Under the pieces are notes generated by a model that ran no database searches, was not told the origin of the DNA, and saw only the letters and a program-made list of their open reading frames with translations. The translations under genes and the position numbers were made by a program. From contig CAZQNA010000005.1 in assembly GCA_964594835.1 (NCBI GenBank), forward strand, positions 85,419 through 149,418: a stretch of 64,000 nt of DNA, written 5' to 3'. Positions 17,238-26,750 of the stretch are shown here, one piece after another (position 1 is the stretch's first letter; every line of letters begins with the position of its first letter). The DNA comes from an uncultured Nitrososphaerota archaeon. GTDB lineage: Archaea; Korarchaeota; Korarchaeia; Korarchaeales; Korarchaeaceae.

Positions 17238-17762
17238 TTAAACCTCCAGCTCCACCCTCTCCGCCAGGCCAGCGGATGAGAGCACGGCCGCCGCGAAGGC
17301 GCCTATCGCCCCCGAGCCGTCTCCCCCCAGCTCCCACAGCTCGACTCCGTGCGACTCCGCGACCCGGCGAACCTCCTCCAGAGAGACCGGCTCCCTGGTA
17401 ATCCTCTCCGCCAGGGCGACCAGCCGGTCCGCGGGGGGAGAGTCCAGGACCAGGGCCAGACCGGGGCCGCTTCCCGGGCCGCTCATCTCTGCCACTAACT
17501 CACCCAGCTCCTCCAGGAGATCCCAGGGATCGCCCCGGGCCTCCAGCGCCCAGGCCACGTTCTCCTCCCCCCTGCCGACCAGAGACGGGGGGGCCAGCCT
17601 GACCGCGTAGACTGCTATGCCGCCGGCCCCGGCGCTGATGAGCCTGGAGACGGCCTCTCGACAAACTTCGCCCGTCCCAACCCCATCTGGGCCCTCCACT
17701 CCGTCGAGCCCTATGTAGGCCGTCGGGACCCCGCCGACGGCCGCGCGACCCACCCCTCTCAA
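17238..17762 (-). CDS. Stand-alone TiaS N-terminal-like (DUF1743-like) protein
   Basis: YIGLDGVEGPDGVGT resembles TiaS IGIDDTD; SGPGLAL and C-terminal GAIGAFAA motifs; no OB or Zn-ribbon domains. Confidence 0.55.
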   Translation of the reverse strand: MRGVGRAAVGGVPTAYIGLDGVEGPDGVGTGEVCREAVSRLISAGAGGIAVYAVRLAPPSLVGRGEENVAWALEARGDPWDLLEELGELVAEMSGPGSGPGLALVLDSPPADRLVALAERITREPVSLEEVRRVAESHGVELWELGGDGSGAIGAFAAAVLSSAGLAERVELEV

Positions 17763-18199
17763 CCGCCCCCGCCCTCCAGCTCCCTGATGAGCAGGGAGAG
17801 CACCAGCTCATCCACCCCCTCGGCCCACCTCCTCTTCGCCACGATCTCGTTCCTGAAGAGCACTATCGAGGCGACGACCACCCCGGGGCCGACGTAGACC
17901 TTCGGCTTGCTGCTGACCAGCTCTACGAAGCCCCTCCTACGCAGCCTCTCCACGAAGGCGCTCACCCTCGGGTGCCCGGGAAAGACGAATGCCATCTCTC
18001 CGTCGAAGGCTATGGTCTTCCTGCCCACGACCACGGTTCCCTTCCTTCCCCTGAGCCTGTTCGAAGCCCTCCTGATGGACCTCTGTATCATCCCCGCCTC
18101 CGCGACCGTCAGGGAGATCCTTGAACTTTTCCTCCTGAGGGTCCTGACGAGCCTTCGCAGCTTGGTTTCTTCTTCCGCGTCTCGGTCCGGTGCGTCCAA
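17759..18199 (-). CDS. Hypothetical basic protein
   Basis: Plausible codon and amino-acid usage; 4-nt overlap with the downstream gene. Confidence 0.55.
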   Translation of the reverse strand: MDAPDRDAEEETKLRRLVRTLRRKSSRISLTVAEAGMIQRSIRRASNRLRGRKGTVVVGRKTIAFDGEMAFVFPGHPRVSAFVERLRRRGFVELVSSKPKVYVGPGVVVASIVLFRNEIVAKRRWAEGVDELVLSLLIRELEGGGG

Positions 18200-18308
18200 G
18201 AGGGATCCCCTCGAACCAGCGGGTTTTCGCGCCCGTTTTTGCGCCTCATAGATAAAAAGATGAGACGTGAGCGCCCTCTAGTGGACACAAAGGGAGGCGT
18301 CGCGCCCC

Positions 18309-19928
18309 CTAGACCGACCGGAGCCCGCTCCTCTTCCTGCCCCCTCCCGTCCTCCTCTTCCTTGGTCTGCGGGACCTCTGCCCCCCAATCCCCCGTCTGC
18401 TCTTCCTCGGCCCTCCCCTGGACTTCAGGAGGTAGGCGGCTCCCCCGACCGCGGCCAGGGAGGCGCCGACCCCCGCTGCCAGCCTCCAGCTCACCGCCCC
18501 CTCGGGGCCCTCCTCGAGGCCACCGGGCTGCGAGGCCTCCACGGTGTACTGACTCCCGTTGACGTCCACGAGGTAGATCCCCGCCTCCCACGTCGGGAAG
18601 GACAGGGTGACGTTTCTCGTCCCGCCCCCTGGAACCCTCACGACCTCGGTGGTCCTCATAGTCTCGTTCACGGTCAGCTGGACGGCGCAGGTCGCGTCGA
18701 GGTCTCCGGGGTTGGTCAAGGTGGCCGTCAGATTCACCAGGTCGCCTGGGGCGACTGTCCCGTTGGGGATGGTCACCCCTTGGAGCAGGCACTCGCCTGG
18801 TGAGAGGACCCTCACCTCGAGCGGGCCGAGGTTCCCGACCTTCACCTTGTGCACGCCGGGCTCGTTGAGCGTGACCTCGAACTGAATGTCCTTGGACGAC
18901 ATCGGATCGACCACCAGGCTCCTGCTGGCAGCAGCCTCACCGTCCACCGTCAGGGTGAGTCTTATGTCCCTCTCCATCTCTCCCTCGTTGTAGACCGTCA
19001 CGTAGACCTTCAGCTTCTCTCCAGGCTTCAGCTCGGACGCGCTGGCCCTAAGGTTCCTGACCTTCAGGTCTCCGGGCTCGAGGACGTGAATCTGAGCTGA
19101 GAAGACCCCTCCCACGTCTATCCAGTGGTCTCCCGGCTGGGTGAGCTCCACCTCCCAGCTCAGGTCCTTGCTCTGACCCGCCGCCAGGACGCCCGTCTTC
19201 GTCTGAAGGTGGGACCCGTCCAGCTGGGCCTCGATCTCATACGTCCCCTCCCCGGTCCCCACGTTGTTCACCCTGACGCCGAACCTCACGGTCTCTCCCG
19301 GGGCCACCTGGTAGCTGCTCACCCAGAAGTTGGAGTACGTGATCCTGGGCCTGGCGACCACCTCTATCCGGGCGTGAGGCGGCCCGCAGTTGGGGAGGTC
19401 CCAGGGGCCCTTGCCCGTCAGGTTCGAAGTCTCCCTCCATATCCTGAAGAGGTTCTCCACCGGGTCGGCCGATGGATCCTGCGGGGGCGGCACGTACAGG
19501 ACCCACAGGCTGTAGTTTCCGGGGGACCTTGGGGCGTTCATCGTGGCTCTCAGGCGGTAGATCGACCCGCTAGAGCTGGGAATCCCCTCGTATATCTTCA
19601 CGTACGCCCTCCGGTCCGGTGGCCAGTCCTTCGACCACGACCCAATCACGAGGAGCGCCATCGGCGCCCGGGAGGAGGTCTTCTTGAGCCACATCTCAAC
19701 GTATATCTCGAACTGCCCGCCCACCTCGACCCTCGTGACCCTCTGACTCCCCGTGAGGGTGGTGTTCAGGTCCACGTAGCGAACCTTGACGTAGCTGGAT
19801 ATCGGACAGAAGAGGGTGCAGGCGCCCGTGGGCAGACTGGCCAGCCCCCCTCCGGCGGCGCCGACCTCTCCGGTTATCGCGAGCGTGAGGATCAGCAGGA
19901 ACAGCAAGGCCTGGTTGAGCCCCCTCAA
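18309..19928 (-). CDS. CARDB-domain surface protein with C-terminal TM anchor
   Basis: Signal peptide; three repeats of the form V.PGE.V..V.V.N.G; TM LAAGVGASLAAVGGAAYLL with basic tail. Confidence 0.8.
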   Translation of the reverse strand: MRGLNQALLFLLILTLAITGEVGAAGGGLASLPTGACTLFCPISSYVKVRYVDLNTTLTGSQRVTRVEVGGQFEIYVEMWLKKTSSRAPMALLVIGSWSKDWPPDRRAYVKIYEGIPSSSGSIYRLRATMNAPRSPGNYSLWVLYVPPPQDPSADPVENLFRIWRETSNLTGKGPWDLPNCGPPHARIEVVARPRITYSNFWVSSYQVAPGETVRFGVRVNNVGTGEGTYEIEAQLDGSHLQTKTGVLAAGQSKDLSWEVELTQPGDHWIDVGGVFSAQIHVLEPGDLKVRNLRASASELKPGEKLKVYVTVYNEGEMERDIRLTLTVDGEAAASRSLVVDPMSSKDIQFEVTLNEPGVHKVKVGNLGPLEVRVLSPGECLLQGVTIPNGTVAPGDLVNLTATLTNPGDLDATCAVQLTVNETMRTTEVVRVPGGGTRNVTLSFPTWEAGIYLVDVNGSQYTVEASQPGGLEEGPEGAVSWRLAAGVGASLAAVGGAAYLLKSRGGPRKSRRGIGGQRSRRPRKRRTGGGRKRSGLRSV

Positions 19929-20099
19929 GCCACCCTCCTCCCCAACACCTTTGGGGGTATAGATAGGTATTTCGACGCCTGCGGGCTCGACCGATCCCGC
20001 GGCTCGCCTGTCGATTAGCGCGCGTGGGCTCGGCCGGTCGACTCTGCGTCAACTTTACTACTTTGGCCGGAGGGGCCAACAAGGCGGGTGCGGCTGGAC

Positions 20100-20594
20100 A
20101 TGTGCGAGGGGGTGAAGCTCGAGGTAGTGGACCTGTCCCCTCCCGAGGGGGCCAATGTGATAGTGGCCCAGTCTCACTTCATCAAGACTGTCGAGGACGT
20201 CTACGAGGCCCTCGTTGAGTCGTGCCCCTCGATAAAGTTTGGAGTGGCGTTCTGCGAGTCTTCCGGGAAGAGGCTGATAAGGCACGTCGGGAACGACCCG
20301 GAGCTCGAGAGGGAGGCCATAGAGCGGGCCAAGAGGCTGGCCGCCGGTCACACCCTCGTGATCCTGATTCGGGACGCCTGGCCCATCAACGTCCTGAACA
20401 GGCTCAAGTCCGTCAGCGAGATAGTGACCGTCTTCGCCGCGACCGCCAATCCACTGCAGGCCATCGTGGCGGAGACGGACCAGGGAAGGGGCCTGCTCGG
20501 GGTCATAGACGGCCAGACCCCCGTCGGCGTGGAGGGAGACGAGGACATCCGGGAGAGGAAGGAACTCCTGAGGAGGTTCGGCTACAAGCTTTGA
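20100..20594 (+). CDS. DUF355 / adenosine-specific kinase family protein
   Basis: [44 protein letters not shown]. Confidence 0.9.
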   Translation: MCEGVKLEVVDLSPPEGANVIVAQSHFIKTVEDVYEALVESCPSIKFGVAFCESSGKRLIRHVGNDPELEREAIERAKRLAAGHTLVILIRDAWPINVLNRLKSVSEIVTVFAATANPLQAIVAETDQGRGLLGVIDGQTPVGVEGDEDIRERKELLRRFGYKL

Positions 20595-20766
20595 GGGACC
20601 ACGCGACCGTTTCAAAACGTTGTCAAAAGTCCCTGGACGGTCCTAGTCGAAATCCATAAAGCCTTGGGCCCCCCGTTTGCGCGGGCCACCCTCCAAGGGG
20701 TCCCGGCCCCCAGCGGGTCGGGCCCCCTCAGACTAACCTTTTTTCCGTGGGCGACGGGTCCGGCCT

Positions 20767-21762
20767 GTGCTGACCGGAAAGCTGCCGCCTGAGAGGCTGA
20801 GCGCATTCTTGAGGAAGATATACAGGCCCAGGGGGGATGTCCTCCTCGGGCCCGGAGTCGGGGAGGACTACGCCGCCCTGCTCGCTGACGGCGTCGCCGT
20901 GGTAGTCCACTCCGATCCCATAACCGGAGCCGGAGAGAACGCCGGCTGGCTGGCCGTCCATGTGGCCTGCAACGACGTCGCGACGTCGGGCGCCGATCCG
21001 AGGTGGCTCCTGGTGACCCTCCTGGCCAGCGGCGGCTCGACCTTCGAGAGGCTGGAGAAGCTAGCCGATCAGATCAGGTCGGCGGCGGACGAGGTGGGCG
21101 CCAGCGTGGTCGGAGGCCACACGGAGGTGACCCCCTGGCTCCAGAGGGACATCGTGGTCACGACCGCAATAGGCTACACCAGGCCAGATCGGCTGATAAG
21201 GAGTTCGGGCGCCAGGCCGGGCGACCTCGCCATAGTCACGAAGGCCGCGGCCCTGGAGGGCACGGCTATACTCGCCACGGACCTGAGGGAGAGGCTGATC
21301 GACAGTGTCGACGAGGGGACCCTCAGGAGGGCCTCAGAATTCATAAGGGAGATAAGCGTCGTGAGAGACGCCAGAATAGCCGCCGACCTCGGCGCCCACG
21401 CCCTTCACGATCCCACCGAGGGGGGAGTGGCCGCGGGTATCCAGGAGGTCGCGATGGCCTCGGGGGTCGGCGTGATCGTCCGGGAGGAGGACATCCCAGT
21501 CAGGCGCGAGACCCTAGAGATATGCGGGGCCCTCGGCGTCGATCCCATGCGGCTGGTGAGTTCCGGGTCCCTCCTCATAGCGGCCCCCAGGGAATCTGCC
21601 AGCGACATCGTAAGAGAGCTGAGGGCGGAGGGCGTCGAGGCAGCCGTGGTCGGCGAGTTCGTGGAAGACCCGTCCGTCCGGGTGATGATCCGGAGGGACG
21701 GATCCAGGCTTGACCTGAACGAGCCCGTGTCGGAGGAGCTGTGGAGGGTAGTCCCCGGCTGA
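20767..21762 (+). CDS. AIR synthase-related (HypE/PurM-like) protein
   Basis: GKLP, GPGVGEDYA, DPITGA, NDVATSGA, GGHTE, HDPTEGG, SSGSLL. Confidence 0.88.
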   Translation: MLTGKLPPERLSAFLRKIYRPRGDVLLGPGVGEDYAALLADGVAVVVHSDPITGAGENAGWLAVHVACNDVATSGADPRWLLVTLLASGGSTFERLEKLADQIRSAADEVGASVVGGHTEVTPWLQRDIVVTTAIGYTRPDRLIRSSGARPGDLAIVTKAAALEGTAILATDLRERLIDSVDEGTLRRASEFIREISVVRDARIAADLGAHALHDPTEGGVAAGIQEVAMASGVGVIVREEDIPVRRETLEICGALGVDPMRLVSSGSLLIAAPRESASDIVRELRAEGVEAAVVGEFVEDPSVRVMIRRDGSRLDLNEPVSEELWRVVPG

Positions 21763-21779
21763 GCGGCGGGGCGGGCCGC

Positions 21780-22661
21780 TCAGCCGTACCTCGATATCCT
21801 CCCGACGAAGATCTCCTGCCTCACGGCGTCCACGAAGACGTCGACGCCCATCACCGTCGGGAGCCTCCTCACCACATCCCTCTCCGTGACTATGCCGACG
21901 TTGGCCTCCCCCTCCCTGACCAGCAGGCTCCCGACTCCGAGCGACCTCATCAGCCTGAGCGCCTCGCTCACGTCGGTCTTTGAGTCGATCCACGCCACGG
22001 CCCTCCTCCAGGTGGGGTCAAGTGGGGTCCCGGATATCTCCTCGCCCCCTCCGCTCTGAAGGACTTCCCAGGTCTTCCAAGACCCAAGGACTGAGATCAC
22101 GTCCTTCAGAGTGATGATTCCAACTATCTCGCCGGAGTCGTCGGAGAAGGGGACTCTCCTGATGTTGAACTCGATCATCTTGGCCACGGCGTCGAAGAGC
22201 GAGTCCCTCCGGCTGGCCGCTATGAGCGGGGAGCTAGCTATCTCCCCCACCCGAACGTAAGTCGCGTGCCCTGAGAGGGCGTCCACGATGTGCCTCTCGG
22301 ATACTATCCCCACGACCCTGCCCCTGGCCCCCACCACGGGAATGGCCCCGAAGTCGTGGTCCAAGAACCTCCGAACCAGCCTGGCGAATCCCTCCTGAAG
22401 TTCGACGGTCACGACTTCCCTGGTCATGACGTCCCCGGCGGTCCCCTCCCTGAGCCGGATGAGCCCCCTGTCTCCGGCCCTGACGAGGTGGCGGAGGATG
22501 TCCTTTGCCGAGACAATCCCGACGAGCTTCTCTCCGTCCTGAACCAGGGCGTGACGCACGGCCCTGTTCCGCATCCCCCTGAGCACGCCGAAGAGGGGCG
22601 CTTCGGGCTCCACGACTACCGGGGGAGGGTACCTCCCTATCAGACCTATCAGCACGCCCAA
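21780..22661 (-). CDS. Tandem CBS-domain protein (4 CBS)
   Basis: Repeated GIVS/GIIT..D motifs; TTG22661 after GGAGGT. Confidence 0.85.
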   Translation of the reverse strand: MGVLIGLIGRYPPPVVVEPEAPLFGVLRGMRNRAVRHALVQDGEKLVGIVSAKDILRHLVRAGDRGLIRLREGTAGDVMTREVVTVELQEGFARLVRRFLDHDFGAIPVVGARGRVVGIVSERHIVDALSGHATYVRVGEIASSPLIAASRRDSLFDAVAKMIEFNIRRVPFSDDSGEIVGIITLKDVISVLGSWKTWEVLQSGGGEEISGTPLDPTWRRAVAWIDSKTDVSEALRLMRSLGVGSLLVREGEANVGIVTERDVVRRLPTVMGVDVFVDAVRQEIFVGRISRYG

Positions 22662-22749
22662 GCCGAGACCTCCCTGGCGGAAAAATGCGCTCGGCTGGGC
22701 CGCCAGTGGGACATTAAAAATAGCCGTGGGTGGTCGGGGGAGTAGGCAG

Positions 22750-23172
22750 ATGATGGTCAGCGTCAGGACCACGAGCATATCGGCCGAGCGCCTCTGGGAC
22801 GTTGAGGCTCCGCTCCCTGCGCCCGTTCAGATCCAGCTCAACGTCACGGTCCACAAGCTTGAGCCCTCCGGCAAGGGGAAGGCCAAGGGGTCCTTCGTCG
22901 TCTCGGCCACGTACAACCCGGCGGTCGCCCAGATAACCATAAGGGGGATCGTACTCGTCCAGGGCAGCGAGAAGGAGGTGAAGGAGGCCGTCGACAGGTC
23001 GGGCTCCGGCAAGCCCCCGGACGCCGTGGTCCAGGCGGTCTTCTCGTCCGCGATGGCGGACGCCGTCGTCGCCAGCCGCTCGATAGGAGTGCCCCCGCCC
23101 CTGCCCGCGCCCATGATCTCCAGGCAGCAGAGAACGCAGCAGGGCTCGGGCTCCATGGAGTACGCGATCTGA
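22750..23172 (+). CDS. Conserved archaeal hypothetical protein (possibly SecB-like fold)
   Basis: Beta-rich N-terminal half, helix, then GVPPPLP; TATA-like ATTAAAAA upstream. The fold call is inference. Confidence 0.6.
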   Translation: MMVSVRTTSISAERLWDVEAPLPAPVQIQLNVTVHKLEPSGKGKAKGSFVVSATYNPAVAQITIRGIVLVQGSEKEVKEAVDRSGSGKPPDAVVQAVFSSAMADAVVASRSIGVPPPLPAPMISRQQRTQQGSGSMEYAI

Positions 23173-23251
23173 CGGGTCATAGGCCGCCTGCCAGTCCCCT
23201 CGAGCTCGTCGGGTCGGGATTAAATCGTAGGATCTCAGGGCCCGCGAGAGG

Positions 23252-23806
23252 ATGCTCCTGAGTGATAGGTCCATAAGGGCCCTGTTGAAGTCCGGCGAGC
23301 TCGTCATAGACCCCCTGTGTTCGGACACGGTGAGAGAGAACGGGGTTGACCTCAGGATAGGTGGACAGGTCGCGTTCCCCGTTGAGAGGGGAGGGACGAT
23401 CGACCTCGCGGGGGCGGAGCCGGAGGAACAGTTCGTCAGGGTCGACATCCCCAGAGAGGGCCTCCTGATTCCCGGGAACTCCAGCGTCCTACTGGTCACG
23501 GAGGAGAGGGTCAGGCTGCCGTCGAATCTGGCCGGCCTCTGCGGGCTCAGGAGCACCCTGGCGAGGTGGGGATTTCTCTCGGCTCCGACCCTCATCGACG
23601 CCGGGTTCGAGGGGCAGCTGACTATCGAGGTCTTCTGGACGAGGCCCTCTCCGGTCAGGATCTACCGCGGACTGCGGTTCCTTCACGTGGTCTTCTTCAG
23701 GCTGGACGAGAACTCCACCAGGCCCTACTCCGGCTTCTACCAGGGCCAGAGCGGGGTCAGCCTCCCGAAGAGCCTGGGTGATGAGGTTGAGGATCTCGAG
23801 GGTTGA
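23252..23806 (+). CDS. dcd: dCTP deaminase
   Basis: LLSD, GVDLRIG, RSTLAR, IDAGFEGQLTIE, YQGQ. Confidence 0.9.
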   Translation: MLLSDRSIRALLKSGELVIDPLCSDTVRENGVDLRIGGQVAFPVERGGTIDLAGAEPEEQFVRVDIPREGLLIPGNSSVLLVTEERVRLPSNLAGLCGLRSTLARWGFLSAPTLIDAGFEGQLTIEVFWTRPSPVRIYRGLRFLHVVFFRLDENSTRPYSGFYQGQSGVSLPKSLGDEVEDLEG

Positions 23807-24692
23807 GGCGGCCGGAGGTGACTGGCTCCTCTACGTGGGGGCCAGGGTGTCCAGGAGCTCCAAGCCCCTCGAGGACATGATCAGGGAGGCCACGCCGAGG
23901 AGGATGGAGAGTCTGTTCAGAAAGCTCCTCGGTTGGGGGCACCTCTCGGTCTTCGAGCACAGTCTGATCCGGGTCTGGGTGGAGGGAAGCCGCGACGAGG
24001 TCAAGTCGAGGCTCTTCCACTGGAAGTTCGTCGAGTACTCGGAGGACGAGGGGGTGCTGTCCCTGAACCCCAGGGTCGCCATAGAGATGCTCGAGCGGGG
24101 CGGGCCCGAGCTGAGGGAGCTTGCCAGAAGTGTCCTCTCCCCATTCCCCGTGCTGTCCAGGTGCCTGGGACTGGGGTCTGGCGGGGGGCCATCTGGAGGG
24201 TCCAGCCCGACGCGTCCGACGAGCGCCCAAGAGGAGGGAATCTGGGTCCACATGCTGTCTTCCTCCCCCTGGCCCGATCCGAGGCACGGCTTCCACGCCT
24301 TCCTCGTGGAGGGGATATCCAGGGTGTGCAGCCACCAGCTGGTGAGGCACAGGGCCCTCAGCTTCACTCAGCAGAGTCAGAGGGTGTCTCAGGTGGTGGG
24401 CTACTACCTCCCGGGCCACCTGGACGAGGATCTCAAGGCCAGCATGGGGAGGGAGATAGAGAGGGCCCTCAGAATATACTATGGCCTCTTGGATGCCGGA
24501 GTCGAGATGGAGGACGCCAGGTACCTCCTCCCGCAGGCGTGCACCACCAGGATCCTAGTCAGCGGGAGGGACTCCGCGTGGCTCCACTTCATAAGGCTGA
24601 GGGCCGCGAAGGAGGCCCAGAGGGAGATCAGGCTCGTGGCTCAGATGGTTAGGCGCCTGTCCGGTCTGGAGCCGACCTACCCCCGGGGTTGA
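23778..24692 (+). CDS. thyX: FAD-dependent thymidylate synthase
   Basis: GHLSVFEH, SRVCSHQLVRHRALSFTQQSQR, EDARYLLP, AQREIR. Confidence 0.9.
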   Translation: MMRLRISRVEAAGGDWLLYVGARVSRSSKPLEDMIREATPRRMESLFRKLLGWGHLSVFEHSLIRVWVEGSRDEVKSRLFHWKFVEYSEDEGVLSLNPRVAIEMLERGGPELRELARSVLSPFPVLSRCLGLGSGGGPSGGSSPTRPTSAQEEGIWVHMLSSSPWPDPRHGFHAFLVEGISRVCSHQLVRHRALSFTQQSQRVSQVVGYYLPGHLDEDLKASMGREIERALRIYYGLLDAGVEMEDARYLLPQACTTRILVSGRDSAWLHFIRLRAAKEAQREIRLVAQMVRRLSGLEPTYPRG

Positions 24693-24712
24693 CCGCCGCG
24701 CTACCTCGGGGG

Positions 24713-25747
24713 TCAGGAGGGCGGGGCGAAGAAGAGGGCCCCGCCACCTGGTTCTCGCTCCCCCTCAGCGCCGATGTCCACGTGCTTCCAGTCGGAGATA
24801 GCCCTGACCTCCCTCCCCCTCCTCCTCAGCAGGTATCCGTAGGCGGAGAGGGCGGCCGTCGCGCCCATCCCCGCCGATATGACGGCCTGCTTGTAGGGGA
24901 TGTCAGCGACGTCGCCGGCCGCGAAGACCCCGTCCAAGGAGGTCCTGCAGAGCTTGTCCACGATTATCTCGCCATTCTCATTGAGGTCCACCAGCCCCCT
25001 GACGATCCCAGTCTCGGGCACGTACCCCATCTCCACGAAGACCCCGTCGACCTGAAGCTCCCTCCTCCCCTCCGGGGTCTCCACCACGACCCCGCTCACC
25101 CTCCCCTCTCCCCTGATCTCCACTATCCTCGACCTGGCCAGGACGTTGACGTTGGGCCTGGATGCGACGGATCTGAAGACCTCCTCCTCCCCTCCCGGGC
25201 TCTCTCCCGGAAACACCCAGTGAAGCTCGCTGACCAGGTCCGAGAGCATGCCAGCGGCCTCTACCCCGTGCGGTCCGACGCCCGCCAGGACCACCCTCTT
25301 GCCCCTGAAGAGAGGCGCGTCGCACGTCGCGCAGTAGCTCACCCCCTTCCCCTTGAACTCCTGCTCGCCCGGCACCCCAAGCTCTCTAGGCTTCTTACCG
25401 AAGGCTAGAACGATCGCGTCGGCCCTTAACTCTCCCCCCGTAACGGTCCTGACCGTGAATGAGTCCCCCTCCTTTGAGACGCCGGTAACCTCGTCGTACC
25501 GGAACTCCGCGCCGTAGAGCTTTGCCTGCTCCTCGACCTTCTTGGAGAGGCCGAATCCGTCGATGGAGGTGAAGCCTGGGTAGTTCTGTATCTCGGTCGC
25601 CAGAAGAAGCTGTCCCCCAACGTCCATCGTGACGACGAGCACTCTCAGATCCTGCCTTGCCAGGTAGAGTGCCGCGGTCAGACCGGCTATCCCGCCGCCG
25701 ACAACGATCACGTCATACCTCTCGCCCTGATCCGACCTCTCCGCCAT
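24713..25747 (-). CDS. trxB: Thioredoxin-disulfide reductase
   Basis: GGGIAG, NYPGF, GVSYCATCD, FAAGDV, QAVISAGMG. Confidence 0.9.
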   Translation of the reverse strand: MAERSDQGERYDVIVVGGGIAGLTAALYLARQDLRVLVVTMDVGGQLLLATEIQNYPGFTSIDGFGLSKKVEEQAKLYGAEFRYDEVTGVSKEGDSFTVRTVTGGELRADAIVLAFGKKPRELGVPGEQEFKGKGVSYCATCDAPLFRGKRVVLAGVGPHGVEAAGMLSDLVSELHWVFPGESPGGEEEVFRSVASRPNVNVLARSRIVEIRGEGRVSGVVVETPEGRRELQVDGVFVEMGYVPETGIVRGLVDLNENGEIIVDKLCRTSLDGVFAAGDVADIPYKQAVISAGMGATAALSAYGYLLRRRGREVRAISDWKHVDIGAEGEREPGGGALFFAPPS

Positions 25748-25808
25748 CTTCACGGTTCTCCCAGCGCGGCTGCCGACGGGGTTAATTAACCCTCACGGGG
25801 CAGGAGGC

Positions 25809-26699
25809 TCACCTGCGCCTTATCTCCTTCCTCACCCACGGGCGCCTCTCCATCTCCTCGAATCCCGCGGCCGAGAAGGAGGGCATGAACTTCTCCCAGA
25901 GCTGGGCCCTCACCCTCCCGAAGCCCGCCTCGGAGGCTATCCTGAGGCTCACCTCGACGGCGTCGAACACCTGACCCACGCCGACCCTTGGCTCTCCCCA
26001 GAGCATCGCGGACGCCTTTGGCCCGTCCCTAGACGGGATCGCGTAGAGGAGCAGCGCGAAGTTCCAGGACCCCACCCTCACCCTGAACGCCTTGGGCGAC
26101 GGGAGACCCAGCCCTACCTCCGCCTGGCCCCAGAGGAGTTCCCAGCTCAGCCTCCCGGGCCGGACGTGGCCAGCCAGAAGGCAGAGGTTGCTCGGAAAGT
26201 CACCCGGCCCCAGCGACACCATTCCCGCCAGTCCGGGGGTGGGCCTGCTGTCCGCCTCGGCCACAACCTGCCTGGCCACCCTTGAGAACCCCGTGGCCGA
26301 GAAGAATCGCTCGCTGCCGGGTATCGGGATCGTGTCGATGACCCTGAAGCCCCACCCCCTCGCTATCTCGAGGCACCTGTCCAGGAGCGCCTTCCCAACC
26401 CCCCTCCCCCTGTACTTCGGGTGAGTCCAGAGGCTGAGGAGGAAGGCGTGCTCCCCCACGAGGCTCGGCCCCCTGTCGGGGGCTATCTCCGCCTCTCCCA
26501 CGATCTTGTCCTCCTCAACGGCCACTACCGAGATTCCCCCCGTCCTCCTCAGGGACTTCAGGTACCAGGCGAGGGCCTCCTCGTCCCCCCACCACCCGAA
26601 CCTCCTGACCCTCTCCAGGCGGTCGTCCACGCACTCTCCGTACGTGTAGACCGCGACGATCTCGCCGACGTCGCCCTCATCCGCCTCTCGCAGTATCAT
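25809..26699 (-). CDS. GNAT acetyltransferase
   Basis: HPKYRGRGVGKALL acetyl-CoA motif A. Confidence 0.8.
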   Translation of the reverse strand: MILREADEGDVGEIVAVYTYGECVDDRLERVRRFGWWGDEEALAWYLKSLRRTGGISVVAVEEDKIVGEAEIAPDRGPSLVGEHAFLLSLWTHPKYRGRGVGKALLDRCLEIARGWGFRVIDTIPIPGSERFFSATGFSRVARQVVAEADSRPTPGLAGMVSLGPGDFPSNLCLLAGHVRPGRLSWELLWGQAEVGLGLPSPKAFRVRVGSWNFALLLYAIPSRDGPKASAMLWGEPRVGVGQVFDAVEVSLRIASEAGFGRVRAQLWEKFMPSFSAAGFEEMERRPWVRKEIRRR

Positions 26700-26750
26700 G
26701 ACGGACAGCCTCTAACCGAGCCCCGCGGGCCAATCAAAAAAGTGCCGTCC

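Noticed and set aside
25778-25791. Perfect palindrome GGGTTAATTAACCC upstream of trxB
   Set aside because: Coincides with the expected TATA box; single occurrence with no support as an operator
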